A DNA stretch of 64,000 nucleotides. It comes from an uncultured Nitrososphaerales archaeon (lineage in GTDB: Archaea > Thermoproteota > Nitrososphaeria > Nitrososphaerales > Nitrososphaeraceae). The DNA lies in NCBI GenBank assembly GCA_963695855.1, contig CAVOHZ010000006.1:128001-192000 (forward strand), read 5' to 3'. The stretch's first letter is position 1. Each line of letters starts with the position of its first letter. Below the pieces are notes generated by a model that was given only the letters and a program-made list of their open reading frames with translations, was not told the DNA's origin and did no database searches. The position numbers and the translations under genes were made by a program. Shown here one piece after another: positions 32,829 through 44,422 of this stretch.

Positions 32829-34715
32829 TTAATTGGCAATATTATTGAATATTGGTATAACAAATTTCTGATCAAACGATCTTACAAATTTTGTGAAATC
32901 TCTAATATCACCATCTATGCTTACTTTCTCTGCTATTATTTTGTCAATCAATTTCGCTTTGCCGACTAGAACCTCTTTGAGTGTTTCTGAATCGGTATAC
33001 AATGCAATGTTATATTCTTCAGGAAATGAGTCTTCATATTCAACAACGTCGTTTCGAATTTCTAAAGTAAAACCTTCTTCTGTATCGTTCAAATATATTC
33101 CCAAAATCAGATCATAATCTGGGCTTTTTGCAGGATCAAGTTTGAATAGCATATTAAAGAGAAGATCGTCAATTGATACTGTAGGAAGTATCTGATCAAC
33201 TACGTTTGTATTTGGAAGTCTTTGTATGGTAGATGCATTTATCTTTCCATCAAGGATGTTTGCTTGTGTCAAATACCAATTTCTGCCTCCTGAAGTAGGA
33301 TTCTCATAACCTAATTTTCTAAGTGCGTCAGCTTTCAATAACTTGGCTTCCTTATTATCTGGATAAGCGTATATCGTATAAGTAGAAAGCTCTGCCGCCC
33401 AAGCATATTCTCGATTATCTAGTGATCTCTTTATCTCATCTAATGTTGCATTTAATCCTCCGAAACCGTTAACAATTTTTGATCCTCTTTCTTGCAGGGT
33501 AACTGGGTTAAACCAAGTGGCATCACCAGAATTCCACCCTACGACATAACTATAGATCTGTCTGATTGCCCAAGAAAGTTCGCCCGTTCTTTCCTGCAAC
33601 CAAGGATGGTCTTTTAGATAAGGGGGCAGTTTTAGAATTTCAGTTATCTCGTCCGCATTAAAACCATGATTGATATATCTAATGGTTTGCTGAACCAAAT
33701 AAGATATGGCGTCTCTATAGGAGATCAAAATGCCAGACACGTTATCGTAACCAGTGGCAGGCAATAAGTGACTAGGTATTAGATATGTAGCATTAAGTTC
33801 CCTCATCTCATCAATTGCATCAATCCATGACTGTATATCAACATCTTCTAAACCTGACATGGAATAAAGATTTGGAAATGATTGATACACCAAGTCACTC
33901 GAAAAAAGGACACCTCTATCTGGTATCCAAACATAAATCTGCTCAGGCGATGGTCCCGGAGCTGAAATAAGAGTAATGTTTATTCCTGAATATGTCGTTT
34001 CAAGTGTATCGTTAAATAGGATATTGGGATTTACATAAGAGATATTACCTAATTTCCAGTTTGGTCCCAATCCGTTGCCTATTGACATATCACTTTCATT
34101 ACCTTTGGGAAGTAACAATCCACTCCAATAAAGTTCATAAATGGATTTCTGTTTTGCACTCTGTCCAACGGATGAAAAAACATTTTCAGGGAATTCGCTA
34201 TTTGCTATAATATCCAGATGTTGTCCTTGTATCTTGCTATCGTTAACAAATACTCCAGCTCCACCTATATGATCTGCCTTCCCGTTCGTGTAAATAAGAG
34301 CTGAAACAGGCTTGTCAGTAATTTTTCGAAATTCAGAAAGGACAATTTTGGCTTGGTCTACAGATGAACCACTATCTAGGACCACTATGCTGTCTGTTCC
34401 TTCAACCATCATAATATTTGATGGACCAAATCCTATAGCTGTATAAACGCCCGATGCAACTTCAATTAACTTTGGTGGCGTAAATTGCTTTCTTTGTTCC
34501 AAGAGCAAAGGATTTACTGTTTCATTACCGTCAGCGGCAATCAATTTAGGTGCAATAGATTCAAAAGATGATTGATTCTTGGTAACGACAGCTTCTGCAA
34601 AAGAAAAGTCTGAATACAAAAAAAATAAAGACAATGCAAATAAGATCATAAAATTTGTCAAAAAAATAGTCTGTATAATAAATGATTTCTCATGAATCAT
34701 AAACAATATGAACAA
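32829..34715 (-). CDS. Alkyl-sulfatase (SdsA1-like) protein: MBL, dimerisation and SCP2 domains, secreted
   Basis: GVYTAIG, FPNLYSM, YRDAISY, RNWYLT motifs and a C-terminal SCP2 domain. The HxHxDH motif is altered to NGKADH. Confidence 0.85.
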   Translation of the reverse strand: MFILFMIHEKSFIIQTIFLTNFMILFALSLFFLYSDFSFAEAVVTKNQSSFESIAPKLIAADGNETVNPLLLEQRKQFTPPKLIEVASGVYTAIGFGPSNIMMVEGTDSIVVLDSGSSVDQAKIVLSEFRKITDKPVSALIYTNGKADHIGGAGVFVNDSKIQGQHLDIIANSEFPENVFSSVGQSAKQKSIYELYWSGLLLPKGNESDMSIGNGLGPNWKLGNISYVNPNILFNDTLETTYSGINITLISAPGPSPEQIYVWIPDRGVLFSSDLVYQSFPNLYSMSGLEDVDIQSWIDAIDEMRELNATYLIPSHLLPATGYDNVSGILISYRDAISYLVQQTIRYINHGFNADEITEILKLPPYLKDHPWLQERTGELSWAIRQIYSYVVGWNSGDATWFNPVTLQERGSKIVNGFGGLNATLDEIKRSLDNREYAWAAELSTYTIYAYPDNKEAKLLKADALRKLGYENPTSGGRNWYLTQANILDGKINASTIQRLPNTNVVDQILPTVSIDDLLFNMLFKLDPAKSPDYDLILGIYLNDTEEGFTLEIRNDVVEYEDSFPEEYNIALYTDSETLKEVLVGKAKLIDKIIAEKVSIDGDIRDFTKFVRSFDQKFVIPIFNNIAN

Positions 34716-34924
34716 AATCAGGATCCTTGTTATATAATATAAATTCTTTGTAAAATTTCGAATACAGTGCTATTGTGAAACTGAGACTCAAATATGCAAG
34801 ATGTAAAGAATGTTAAAAATATGGGCTATCTATTGAAATACGTTTCCAAAACAATTAAAAAAAGGCAGTAGACATTAACGTTAGAGTAGAGCTGATTAAT
34901 AGGTTTAATTTCATATTTGGGATA

Positions 34925-36142
34925 TTGTTAATTTCAATTCTTGGCATAATATTTTCCAATCTCGATATTCCCTTGGTCGATGCAGCGAAAAAATCCTTTA
35001 AATCCAAGAGCAAAAAATCTACATCCGATTTCAAGAAACCTAGCAAAAAATCTACATCCGATTTCAAGAAACCTAGCAAAAAATCTACATCCGATTTCAA
35101 GAAACCTAGCAAAAAATCTACATCCGATTTCAAGAAACCTAGCAAAAAATCTACATCCGATTTCAAGAAACCTAGCAAAAAATCTACATCCGATTTCAAG
35201 CAATACGATAACAAAATTAAACAAAAAAAGTTCAAACCAAGCAGCATTTCTCAAGGTTCTTCTTTACCTTCTTTCAAGCCAGCAAATATCAACAGTCTGG
35301 ATAAAGATAGGCTCAAGAGTCTGGATAAAGATAAACTCGATAAATTTCCAGGTATTTCGCAGTTACAAAATTTTCCTGATTGCGGGAAACAAGGAAATTG
35401 TATAGGCATTGGAGGTGGTATAGATATTGACGATGGAATTGATATTAATGGAGAAGTGAATGTCGACTGGGATAACGACTGGGATATCAACTGGGATGAT
35501 GTAGACGTTGACATCGATGACGATATAGACGTTGACATCGATGATGGTGACATAGATATTACTGTTGAAGACGATGACGATGACGATGACCATGACGATG
35601 ACCATGACGATGACCATGACGATGACCATGACGATGACGAAGAAAATACATATATCTATAATTATGGATATCCGGAATCAAGTTATCAGGAATCATATGC
35701 ATATCCGGAATCAAGTTATCAGGAATCATCTGCATATGAAGATGGTATGTTTCCTATTCAAGAAGAGACAACTACCCAACAATCGTATACAACTCCTCAA
35801 CAATCGTATGTTACATCGGAGGTACAGAGAATAGTTAACGAAGGTTCCTTTAAACTTCATTTAGTGGAATCTGGAAAACCTTTTACTCCCGTCAACAATA
35901 GCGGATATCTACTTTTAGGAGCTAACCAAGGAACAAATAATGAACTTGAAATATCAAATGGTTCCAATGGTCAACTTATCATACTAACTGGCGCCGATGA
36001 TTCAAGACCTATCAAGATATCAAGCATAGGAAATATAAAACTCGATCTAAATGAAGCAATACTGGGTAAAAACGATGCATTAATCCTTGCATACTTGGAT
36101 CAATCAACTTCATGGGTCCAGATAGCATCCAAGTTTGTATAG
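34925..36142 (+). CDS. Secreted low-complexity protein with basic repeat block, acidic block and globular C-terminus
   Basis: Signal-like hydrophobic start; (SKKSTSDFKKP)n, (DxDxD)n and (DDDH)n blocks; YPESSYQES x2. Confidence 0.7.
   Translation: MLISILGIIFSNLDIPLVDAAKKSFKSKSKKSTSDFKKPSKKSTSDFKKPSKKSTSDFKKPSKKSTSDFKKPSKKSTSDFKKPSKKSTSDFKQYDNKIKQKKFKPSSISQGSSLPSFKPANINSLDKDRLKSLDKDKLDKFPGISQLQNFPDCGKQGNCIGIGGGIDIDDGIDINGEVNVDWDNDWDINWDDVDVDIDDDIDVDIDDGDIDITVEDDDDDDDHDDDHDDDHDDDHDDDEENTYIYNYGYPESSYQESYAYPESSYQESSAYEDGMFPIQEETTTQQSYTTPQQSYVTSEVQRIVNEGSFKLHLVESGKPFTPVNNSGYLLLGANQGTNNELEISNGSNGQLIILTGADDSRPIKISSIGNIKLDLNEAILGKNDALILAYLDQSTSWVQIASKFV
35009..35200 (+). repeat. 33-bp perfect tandem repeat, about 5.8 copies (SKKSTSDFKKP)
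   Basis: agcaaaaaatctacatccgatttcaagaaacct repeated. Confidence 0.97.
35571..35640 (+). repeat. 12-bp gacgatgaccat repeat x4 inside a poly-Asp tract
   Basis: Encodes DDDH repeats. Confidence 0.9.
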
Positions 36143-36254
36143 ACTCCAACAATAAATACCTTAAGGAAAATACAAAATAATTTTTTTATTTTATGTTAGT
36201 TGAATTATCTGTTGTTAATAGAAGAAAAAGAGTATCTATAGAAGTGATTGGATC

Positions 36255-38050
36255 CTAATCCTCTATTGGGAGTCCCGGGTCTGCATGAGATTGTAAAGTT
36301 TTTGCAACCTTCCACTCCATTAACTTTATTTGTGATTCGCTATATTCTGGTTCTATAATTCCAGCCTCTTTGGCGTATTTGTCATAGGTGGAAACATCTT
36401 TTCAAGAATTTCTGGATGTTCTTTTGACAAATCTGTTGCTTCACGAATATCTTGTTTTATGTTAAATAGCTTCCGCTGTTAGTCTCCCAAAGGTATGACA
36501 TGGTACCGTGCTTTCCAGTCACCCATTTATACCAATTTGTGACCAAATATCTCTGCTGATAATATTTCATCATCGTTGTGGATCTTTTCAAAATTACCTT
36601 CTAAGAGTGGTTTTATGGATTTTCCCATTATTGGACTGACTTGTTTTCTTTATACTCTAAACCAGAATATGTAGTATTTGCATATTCTAGAATTGTTGGA
36701 GTCATATCGCTGACATGAACAAATTGCTTTACAATATCAAGTTCAGGTGTATTTGTTGCATGTGGTTCTGTTATTACAAATGGTGACATTATGCCTCCAT
36801 TATACATGGTTGTACTTGTTCCTGAATAAGCAGTATTGGACATGACAGCTCCCTGCCATCCATATCCCCAATACGAGTCTTTGCCGCCTATGGCATCAAA
36901 GGCTTTGTTGAATATATTTTTAAATTCTTTCCTTAGCATGAACACCTGCACCATCAGTATCTCCTGCCAAAGGGGAATCAGATGGCTCACTACCACCGTT
37001 GTCTGATGTGAACATTATTATAGTATTGTCATATTCACCTGTATCCTTAAGGAATTGAATCAGCTTTTCTATATTATAATCGGTGATACCAGCATGTGCT
37101 GCAAATATCGGTGATCTTTGTTTTTGTTCATCTACTGGTAAGGCATTCGAGTCTACAAAAGTTGGAAAGCTTTGTGGTAATGTCATATTTGTAGACCATA
37201 TTCCTAGTTCTTTTTGTTTTTCAAACCTTTGTTCTCTTACTTTATCCCATCCACCATCGTAAACTCCCTCATATTTTTTTATGTACTGCTGTGGGGCCTG
37301 GAATGGTGTATGTGCTACCTGGAATGCAAGATATCCGAAAAATGGTTTGTCGTTTTCTTTAGATTTCTTGATAAATTCGATCATTTTATCTGTGTAAAAT
37401 TCATTTGAAAACTGAGTACCGTTTGGTTTGTCAACTATTTTGCCATTATCTATGTAAGTAGTAAACCCGCCAGGATAGTATGGTCCAGATGTAAAATGAT
37501 TTGGTCCAGATTCAAGCAATGTAAAACTCTGGTCAAATCCTCTATCGGCCGTGCCAGTGCCTTAATGGTATCCTTTTCCTGATAAATGCCATTTACCTGA
37601 AAGAAGTGTATCATAACCCGAATCCCTTAATAACTCTGCAACGGTAACAACCCTGTCAGTAATATAAGTCTCATACCCTGTTTTATTCACCTAATTGAGA
37701 GCAATGTTTTCAAACATAGTACCGATCCCATCTAGATGATTATCAACGCCAGTAAGAAAAATGCTTCTTGCCAGAGAACATACTGGATGTGTATAATAAT
37801 TGGTCAACATTTTTCCTTCCTTTGCTATTTGATCTAAATTAGGCGTTGAAATCTCACTTCCAAATACACCTATATCAGAAAAACCAAAATCATCTCCCAT
37901 AATTACTAGTATGTTTGGACGATTATTTGCTGAAACCGCTTCAGAATGGGCAATTACAGATGAAACGACCATCAAGGATAGTGTAATCATCAAACTAGAT
38001 ATCAACAAAAAGAAAAACAATGTTGTTGGTAATGAAATATGTTTTATCAC
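36255..38050 (-). pseudogene. Arylsulfatase (AtsA-like) pseudogene
   Basis: Fragments RPNILVIMGDDFG...CSLARS, SGKWHL, AHTPFQAP, FTSDNG and HVSDMTPT are spread over several frames with stops. Confidence 0.88.
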
Positions 38051-38212
38051 GTTAAAATTTAACGTCTTATTATATATCCATACCTGATGGGTTCCATATT
38101 GCTAACCCAACACAACTATATCTTTGCCAATATTATACAATCGGCGTTAGATGGATGAAACTACTTGTTGTATAATAAGTACACCGTTTGAAGAACGCAT
38201 AAAATCTAGTTT

Positions 38213-39256
38213 ATGAATCAAGAGGTTTGTCATGGAACAAAAAAAGAAAGATTGTTATATAACTATTGTATATTAAAATATGTGAAAACCTGGTATTTTA
38301 AGAACCCAATAAGGCATGGTAGTTATGTACCTTTTGCATCTCATCTTTTGAATACATCGAATACAAAATTATTACAAGTATCAACTCGCAATCACTTTAA
38401 CCTTCAGACAAGTGAATTGAATCCGTCTCATAATATAGAAGATTATGACTCATATAATGTTCCTGGATTAAATGGAAATCCTTTTTCTGACAATAATGAA
38501 TTAGCAGTATATATTCATGGAGTATGGACCGGACAGATTGCTGCTAAAGAGCAGCTAGATAGAACAAATTTATCATTGAAAACTAATGAATATGATATTC
38601 CAGTAGTAGGTTTTAGCTGGGATTCGAACACTGTTATAAATCCTTCAGGATGGGCTATTGCTAAATCTATAGCAAATCAGAATGGGCCGAAGCTAGCAAA
38701 ATTTCTGTGTGATTTTAGAATCAATTGTCAAAATCACCATATTAGAATAATTGCGCATTCTTTGGGCGCAAAAGTAGTTGAAAGTGCCTTGATAAGCTTA
38801 AATAATAATAATCAAATGTGGAAGAAAGGTTCATTTGATAATATTACGTCTGTACATTTTATAGGAGCTGCCATTAGTGATAGGGCAACATCAAAGAATA
38901 CAGAGCTTGGATCAGCCATTGATGGTATAGTAGACAACTTTTATAATCTATATAATCCTAACGACAATGCCCTTCAAGGTGCATACTTTAAGACAGAAAA
39001 TGAACATCCATTGGGTTTATTTGGCCTAAAAAAAGGAGAGCCATTTCCTGCAAATTATACGGAACGTAATGTTATGCACGAAATTCCGCCATTTAAGAGC
39101 GCAAGTGGGCTATACAAATCACTTTCTGATAATGCAGTATTTGAATGGGGAAATAACCATTCTGCATATATTGGTTTTAGAGATGTCAACGGTAAGTTAA
39201 AAGACGATGGAGCTATCAACCAAATTGTAGCAGATTGGAAGGTTAATAATAAATAG
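38213..39256 (+). CDS. Alpha/beta hydrolase (DUF900/DUF726-like)
   Basis: VYIHG, FSWDS, AHSLG nucleophile elbow, N..D..L and C-terminal H. True start is probably downstream. Confidence 0.75.
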   Translation: MNQEVCHGTKKERLLYNYCILKYVKTWYFKNPIRHGSYVPFASHLLNTSNTKLLQVSTRNHFNLQTSELNPSHNIEDYDSYNVPGLNGNPFSDNNELAVYIHGVWTGQIAAKEQLDRTNLSLKTNEYDIPVVGFSWDSNTVINPSGWAIAKSIANQNGPKLAKFLCDFRINCQNHHIRIIAHSLGAKVVESALISLNNNNQMWKKGSFDNITSVHFIGAAISDRATSKNTELGSAIDGIVDNFYNLYNPNDNALQGAYFKTENEHPLGLFGLKKGEPFPANYTERNVMHEIPPFKSASGLYKSLSDNAVFEWGNNHSAYIGFRDVNGKLKDDGAINQIVADWKVNNK

Positions 39257-39521
39257 TAATAATAATTTAGTGTGTATTATTTGGTAAAGTTATTCATTTA
39301 TATTATTTTTACAAAAAAATTTGAGATTATCAAAATCTTCTGAAATTAAAATGATAGACTGGAAGAGTACAAAAATGATAAATCAAAATGATCATGATAT
39401 AGACAGTAAATATGACTAATTATTTTTTTATTAGAGCATTTTCTGAAATCAGCTTATGCAAATGCATTTCTAGGAAAGGATGTAATTACTGCGGCACTTA
39501 TTAACAGGACCCCTATAGTTA

Positions 39522-40643
39522 TACCAACTAGCATATATTTTCTAATCAAATTTATTATTATCATATATGATATAGAGTAAAAGCTATCAATCATCATGTT
39601 TATTCCCTAACATCATCACAGTGTATTCCAAAAATGAATTGATTAAATTATACAAGAAGGAAACTAATATCAAAGTAAAGGAAAGATTACTTCTTGTAAT
39701 AAAGGTAAAATATGACAATATAATTCCTGCTTATGCTTCTGATGAACTACATAGAAGTAGACCATGGGGATTGTACTGGTTGGATAGATTCTCACAAGAA
39801 GGAGTGGAAGGATTAAAAAACAGACCAAAAAGTGGTAGACATCCCGATATAGCAGAAGAGACAGTATATGAGATAAAAAACGAATTAGCATCCAGTAAAC
39901 AGGGTTGGACCACAAAACAGGTAGAAGATCTGATTGTAGGAAAATTGGAATAAGATACCATTATACACATATTTACAGACTCATGCACAAGTGGGGATTC
40001 AAACAGAAGATACCCAAACAGGTACATGTAAATACAGCAACAAGAGAAGAGAAGGAACGTTTTAAAAAACAGCCAGAAAGATACTGGACAATAATCTCCA
40101 CGACGAAGGATTCACGGTAGTATCTACAGATGAATCATTTTTCTTCTATGATTCACTCGTCAGGAAAGTATGGATAAGCAAGGATGAAAGACCAGTTGTA
40201 AGAATAACTGGTTCTCATCAGGAATCCGTTCTATTTGGTGCCACAAGTTTAGAAGGAAAACAGATATTCAGGCAATACGACTGGTTTGATGAAAACACAT
40301 TTTTAGATTATCTGAAACAGATACGCAGAAAGTTTCCAAAATGCTATCTGTTTCTGGATAAGGCAAAACAACATCACAGATCAAAAAAGGTACTGGAATA
40401 TTTTGATAAACACAAAAAAGATCTAATTCCAGTATATCTTCCAACTGCATCTCCTGAATTTATGGTACTGGAAGAGATATGGCATCTAGCCAAAAATGAT
40501 CTGCTTGTTCTACAATACTATTCATCCTTTACAGATTTCAAAAATAAAATATCCTCGTATTTTAGAACAAAAAGATTCCATCTGGATATGAGGAACTATC
40601 TACTTGCTAAAATTGATAATTAGAAAACATAAGCTAGTTGGTA
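39522..40643 (+). mobile_element. IS630-family element with TA target duplication and frameshifted transposase
   Basis: IRs taccaactagc / gctagttggta, each flanked by TA. HTH part at 39621-40120 and DDE part (STDES...LDKA...PEFMVLEEIW) ending at 40623. Confidence 0.9.
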
Positions 40644-41164
40644 TAGGAATATTAATACGTTTTTCATAGTAAAAATTTATCCACTATTATATGACAAAAG
40701 TGTATCTTCCGTTTTTTATATACAACTATATTCATGTATCAATACCAAGATCATCCCGTAAAAAACTGCCTGCATTTTATTTTTCCCTTTTTTTTTACGA
40801 TAATGAATAGACATATTGCTAGAATAAATATTAAACTTAGAATATACTCTACCAAAAGGAACAAAATCAACTAATAATGATCATTTTGTTATTATCTTAA
40901 AATAAATTGATTCAATCATTTAAAGCTATTATAGAGAGAAGCCAAAAGCGGATCTGATATAACAAACTCTAAAGTTTAGAATTTAAGATGGTTCACATTT
41001 CTACATATATTTCATAAAGTAAAAATCAATGGTATTCACATTGATTTTTTATCACAAGCATATAGGAAATTAGTATTTGATTTAGTTATTCTTGCAATCA
41101 GGTGTACATACATGATCAAAACAAATATCTCAGAAACAGTAAAAAACAATATAAAAAAACTAAC

Positions 41165-42213
41165 TGTTGTACTTACCAACATAGGTTACAATTTCATTTA
41201 CCGAGATAGGTAACACTTCCTAATCTGCTAGGAAGTGTATAAAAAATAGAATTCCAAACAAAATTTAATTTAATTCATGAGAAAGAGTCGACTGGAGATA
41301 CTGTAACTAATATCTGTAATAGATATCATACATCTAGAAAGTCATACTACAAATGGAAGAACAGGTACCTTGAGAATGGAATAGACGGTTTACGGGATAA
41401 AAGTAGGAAACCATATAATATACAACCTGGAAAAGTAACAAATGAGATAGAACAGGAAATATTGGATTTACGTGTAACAAAAAGATTTGGTTGCAATCGC
41501 ATAAGGTTCAGGTTAAGACGACTGAATGATATCTCCTTCAGTACAAAAACCATCTACAAGATACTGAAAAGACATGGACTGAACATACTAAGATGCAAGA
41601 TCAGAAATAGAAAATACAAAAGATTTGCAATGGAAAAACCCAATCAAATGGTACAGATGGACATTTTAGGACCATTTTACCTTGAGAATTCTACTCAAAA
41701 GAACTATTTTATCAGTTGTGAAGATGACTGTTCAAGAAAGGTAACAAGTGACTGGTCTGAAAGAAAACGAAGTGTAGATGTACTACAGGTACTGGAAGAC
41801 TACATAGTAGAGAATGGTAAACCTCTCAAGGTACTGCATGATAATGGTAAACAGCTTACATCCAAAATATTCAGACGTTTTCTACAACGTAACAACATTA
41901 AAGATAAATCCATACCTGCTAGATATCCACAACTACAGGGTAAAATTGAAGCATATAACAAGATAGTCAAAAATGAATTTTTGGCAATAGAAAATATTTC
42001 CAACAGAGAAGAAGGAAAGAGAAGATATTCCATGTTTGTCAAAGCATACAATGAAACAAGAGAACATGGTGGAATCAATGGTCACACACCATCTGAAATG
42101 TTTCTTATGAAAGGAAGATTAAATAGTTGTAAGAATATCAAAACAAATAAGCAGATAAAAAGTGTTACCCATGTTGGTAAGTGAATCTGTTACCTATCTG
42201 TGTAAGTACAACA
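41165..42213 (+). mobile_element. IS481-family element with 6-bp target duplication ACTAAC
   Basis: Ends tgttgtacttac / gtaagtacaaca; actaac at 41159-41164 and 42214-42219. Confidence 0.92.
41236..42184 (+). CDS. IS481 transposase (HTH plus rve integrase core), with a possible frameshift next to the start
   Basis: The frame is open well upstream of 41462 (YYKWKNRY..NGIDGL.DKSRKP). Motifs QMDI, DDCSR, HDNG, QGKIE. Confidence 0.85.
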
Positions 42214-42630
42214 ACTAACAAAGGATCATTTAACAGGTTATCCAATCAACAAACGAAATCTTACTGTAGTAATTTTTCTCATGCCTAAAAAAGAGATAAA
42301 GTCCGTTAAAAAATATATATAACTAAAAGAATTTTACCTGTATTCACCAAAGCATAGTATATTATAGTTTTTATAGATTGGCTCAATTAATCGGATTATG
42401 AATTTATATGATAAAGAAATAATAAACCACCATCTTGATACATAAAGACTAGTGATAATAATACAACTATTCAATCAGAGAACAATCACGTACCAATCAT
42501 TGTAAACTGTCAAATCCACAAGCCACAGATTATTATACATCACTGTATCATACCGATAGATAAGATATCAAACATGATACAGCAGTGTTATTTGCATAAA
42601 GGAATACGTTTAGCGGGGACTTTTACATAA

Positions 42631-43197
42631 ATGCGCAACAATCAAGTACTATTCATTAAGTTTGAAACCATCGAAAATATATATAAGTATTTAATTTGTA
42701 ACGATATGAAGCCAGACATCAACATAGAATCTACTTTACTAGTATTGATAGTTCTCACTCTTTCCGTAACTATAGTACACTTTGAATATGCAAATGCACA
42801 AACTATTAGTTCAGCTGATCCTAAGGAACTAATAAAAGAATTTAAAACAGGAAAGGACATTATTCAAAAGGACATTCAGGTTTATTTCAATCAATTAACT
42901 AATGAAGTTAAATCACAACTAAATTTTAGTTCGGTCGATTCACATCTTTCAATGGCATCTCAACATCTTGTAAATGGAAGAATATCTGAAGGATTATCTG
43001 AATTGGAAACTGCAAATCAAGAATGGAAGAATTCCAGTATAACAATTATTAAAACAGGAAATGAATTTGTTTCTTTTGCTAAAAGTAATTCGACATCTAT
43101 GAGTGATAGTTCAAGAGAGATTTTAGATCATTTCGGAAATATTTTAGTAAATTTGGGAAAGAAAGTTGATAATTTGAGAATTCAACTTTCCAATTGA
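42631..43197 (+). CDS. Secreted helical hypothetical protein
   Basis: Signal peptide after Met at 42706 ending ANA. Confidence 0.6.
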   Translation: MRNNQVLFIKFETIENIYKYLICNDMKPDINIESTLLVLIVLTLSVTIVHFEYANAQTISSADPKELIKEFKTGKDIIQKDIQVYFNQLTNEVKSQLNFSSVDSHLSMASQHLVNGRISEGLSELETANQEWKNSSITIIKTGNEFVSFAKSNSTSMSDSSREILDHFGNILVNLGKKVDNLRIQLSN

Positions 43198-43916
43198 ATT
43201 ACATCTAATTATATACAATTAGATTATTATTTTTATAGTTTGAAAATATGGTAATCGGAATTTTCTTTACATCATAATATGAGAAGACATACATGTTGAA
43301 TGTGTATGAAAAAGAAATTGAAATAATAGATGTAAATTATAGTTATTAATTTATTAGTGAAAGAGAATCCAAATCAACAAATAAAATAATTATAAATGTA
43401 AGTCCAAATGTAGACAGATATAATTATTGTATTAACAATATGATGTTTGATATGAAAGTTACCGATGATGAAGCTGATAAATTGATCATAATTGATAATG
43501 AAAAACCTAAAAGAAAATACCAATCTAACGATGTCATTGAGAACATCAAATCACAAGGTAATAGAGGATTTGAAACTCAACTCGAATCAATTACAATTTT
43601 ATTATTTCCTTCGGAACAACTTTCTGAACAAGGTTATCAAAATTTTAAAGGAAATCTCTTCTGCACGCTTTCAATAATTCTCACTTGAGGAGTTTTTTGT
43701 AGATTCAATAGAATATAGAGAATTGTTATTAGGAAATGGATTTAATTTATTTATTGGAAAAGTTCTTCTACATTAAAATATTGAGAAAGATCTTAAAATT
43801 GAATTCATTTGAAATATAGTAAGATAAGAATAAACCATTCCATTTGAATTCGTCTTAGATTTAAACACAATGAATATGCTAATTACACACAAATTCGATT
43901 TTAGTTCAGATGGCTC

Positions 43917-44035
43917 GGCTCTGTTAAGTTAAGCAAAAACTACAAATTAAATTGAAAAAATCTACTAAAATTGAGTGTAGAACATTATAGATAAACAAAA
44001 CATATCTTATATTTTATACTTAACTTAACAGGGCC
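43917..44035. mobile_element. 119-bp MITE with IS6-type ends
   Basis: ggctctgttaagttaag ... cttaacttaacagggcc (16/17 match). The left end is identical to the IS6 left end at 44423. Confidence 0.82.
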
Positions 44036-44057
44036 CAAAAAATTACAGTGTTTTAAA

Positions 44058-44261
44058 TTAATTATAACTTATCCAGAAGTGACCAAAACTACAATTAAGC
44101 GATCTCATTGTTTGTAATGAAGAATCACATTCTACCCCATTACCGTCTTCATTATAGTATCCACCTGAAGTTTGAAAGAATGGCTTGATCTCAAGTACAA
44201 ATACTTTACTTCTTAAGTTAAATTGTTTACATATTGGACAAATGATTCTATCTTCCATCAA
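44058..44261 (-). CDS. Small zinc-ribbon protein
   Basis: CPIC ... CSFGH. Confidence 0.5.
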   Translation of the reverse strand: MMEDRIICPICKQFNLRSKVFVLEIKPFFQTSGGYYNEDGNGVECDSSLQTMRSLNCSFGHFWISYN

Positions 44262-44422
44262 AATTTCTATGATGTCGTTGCTATTATTATTTACTGATCA
44301 ATTTTGATCTTACATTGATCTTTATCTTATTTCTTTTGATATAATAGTACTGTTAAGATTTAGAGAAACTATATCTCTAGAAGTATTGTTATTGATCTTA
44401 TTATTGATATCTCTGAAAATAT

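Noticed and set aside
35009-35200. Possible CRISPR array (33-bp repeats)
   Set aside because: No spacers; an in-frame coding tandem repeat.
34855-35834. Overlapping alternative-frame ORFs with repetitive translations
   Set aside because: Shadows of the tandem repeats in the 34925 gene.
43255-43690. Short overlapping ORFs
   Set aside because: No recognisable motif; probably a decayed gene, not assignable.
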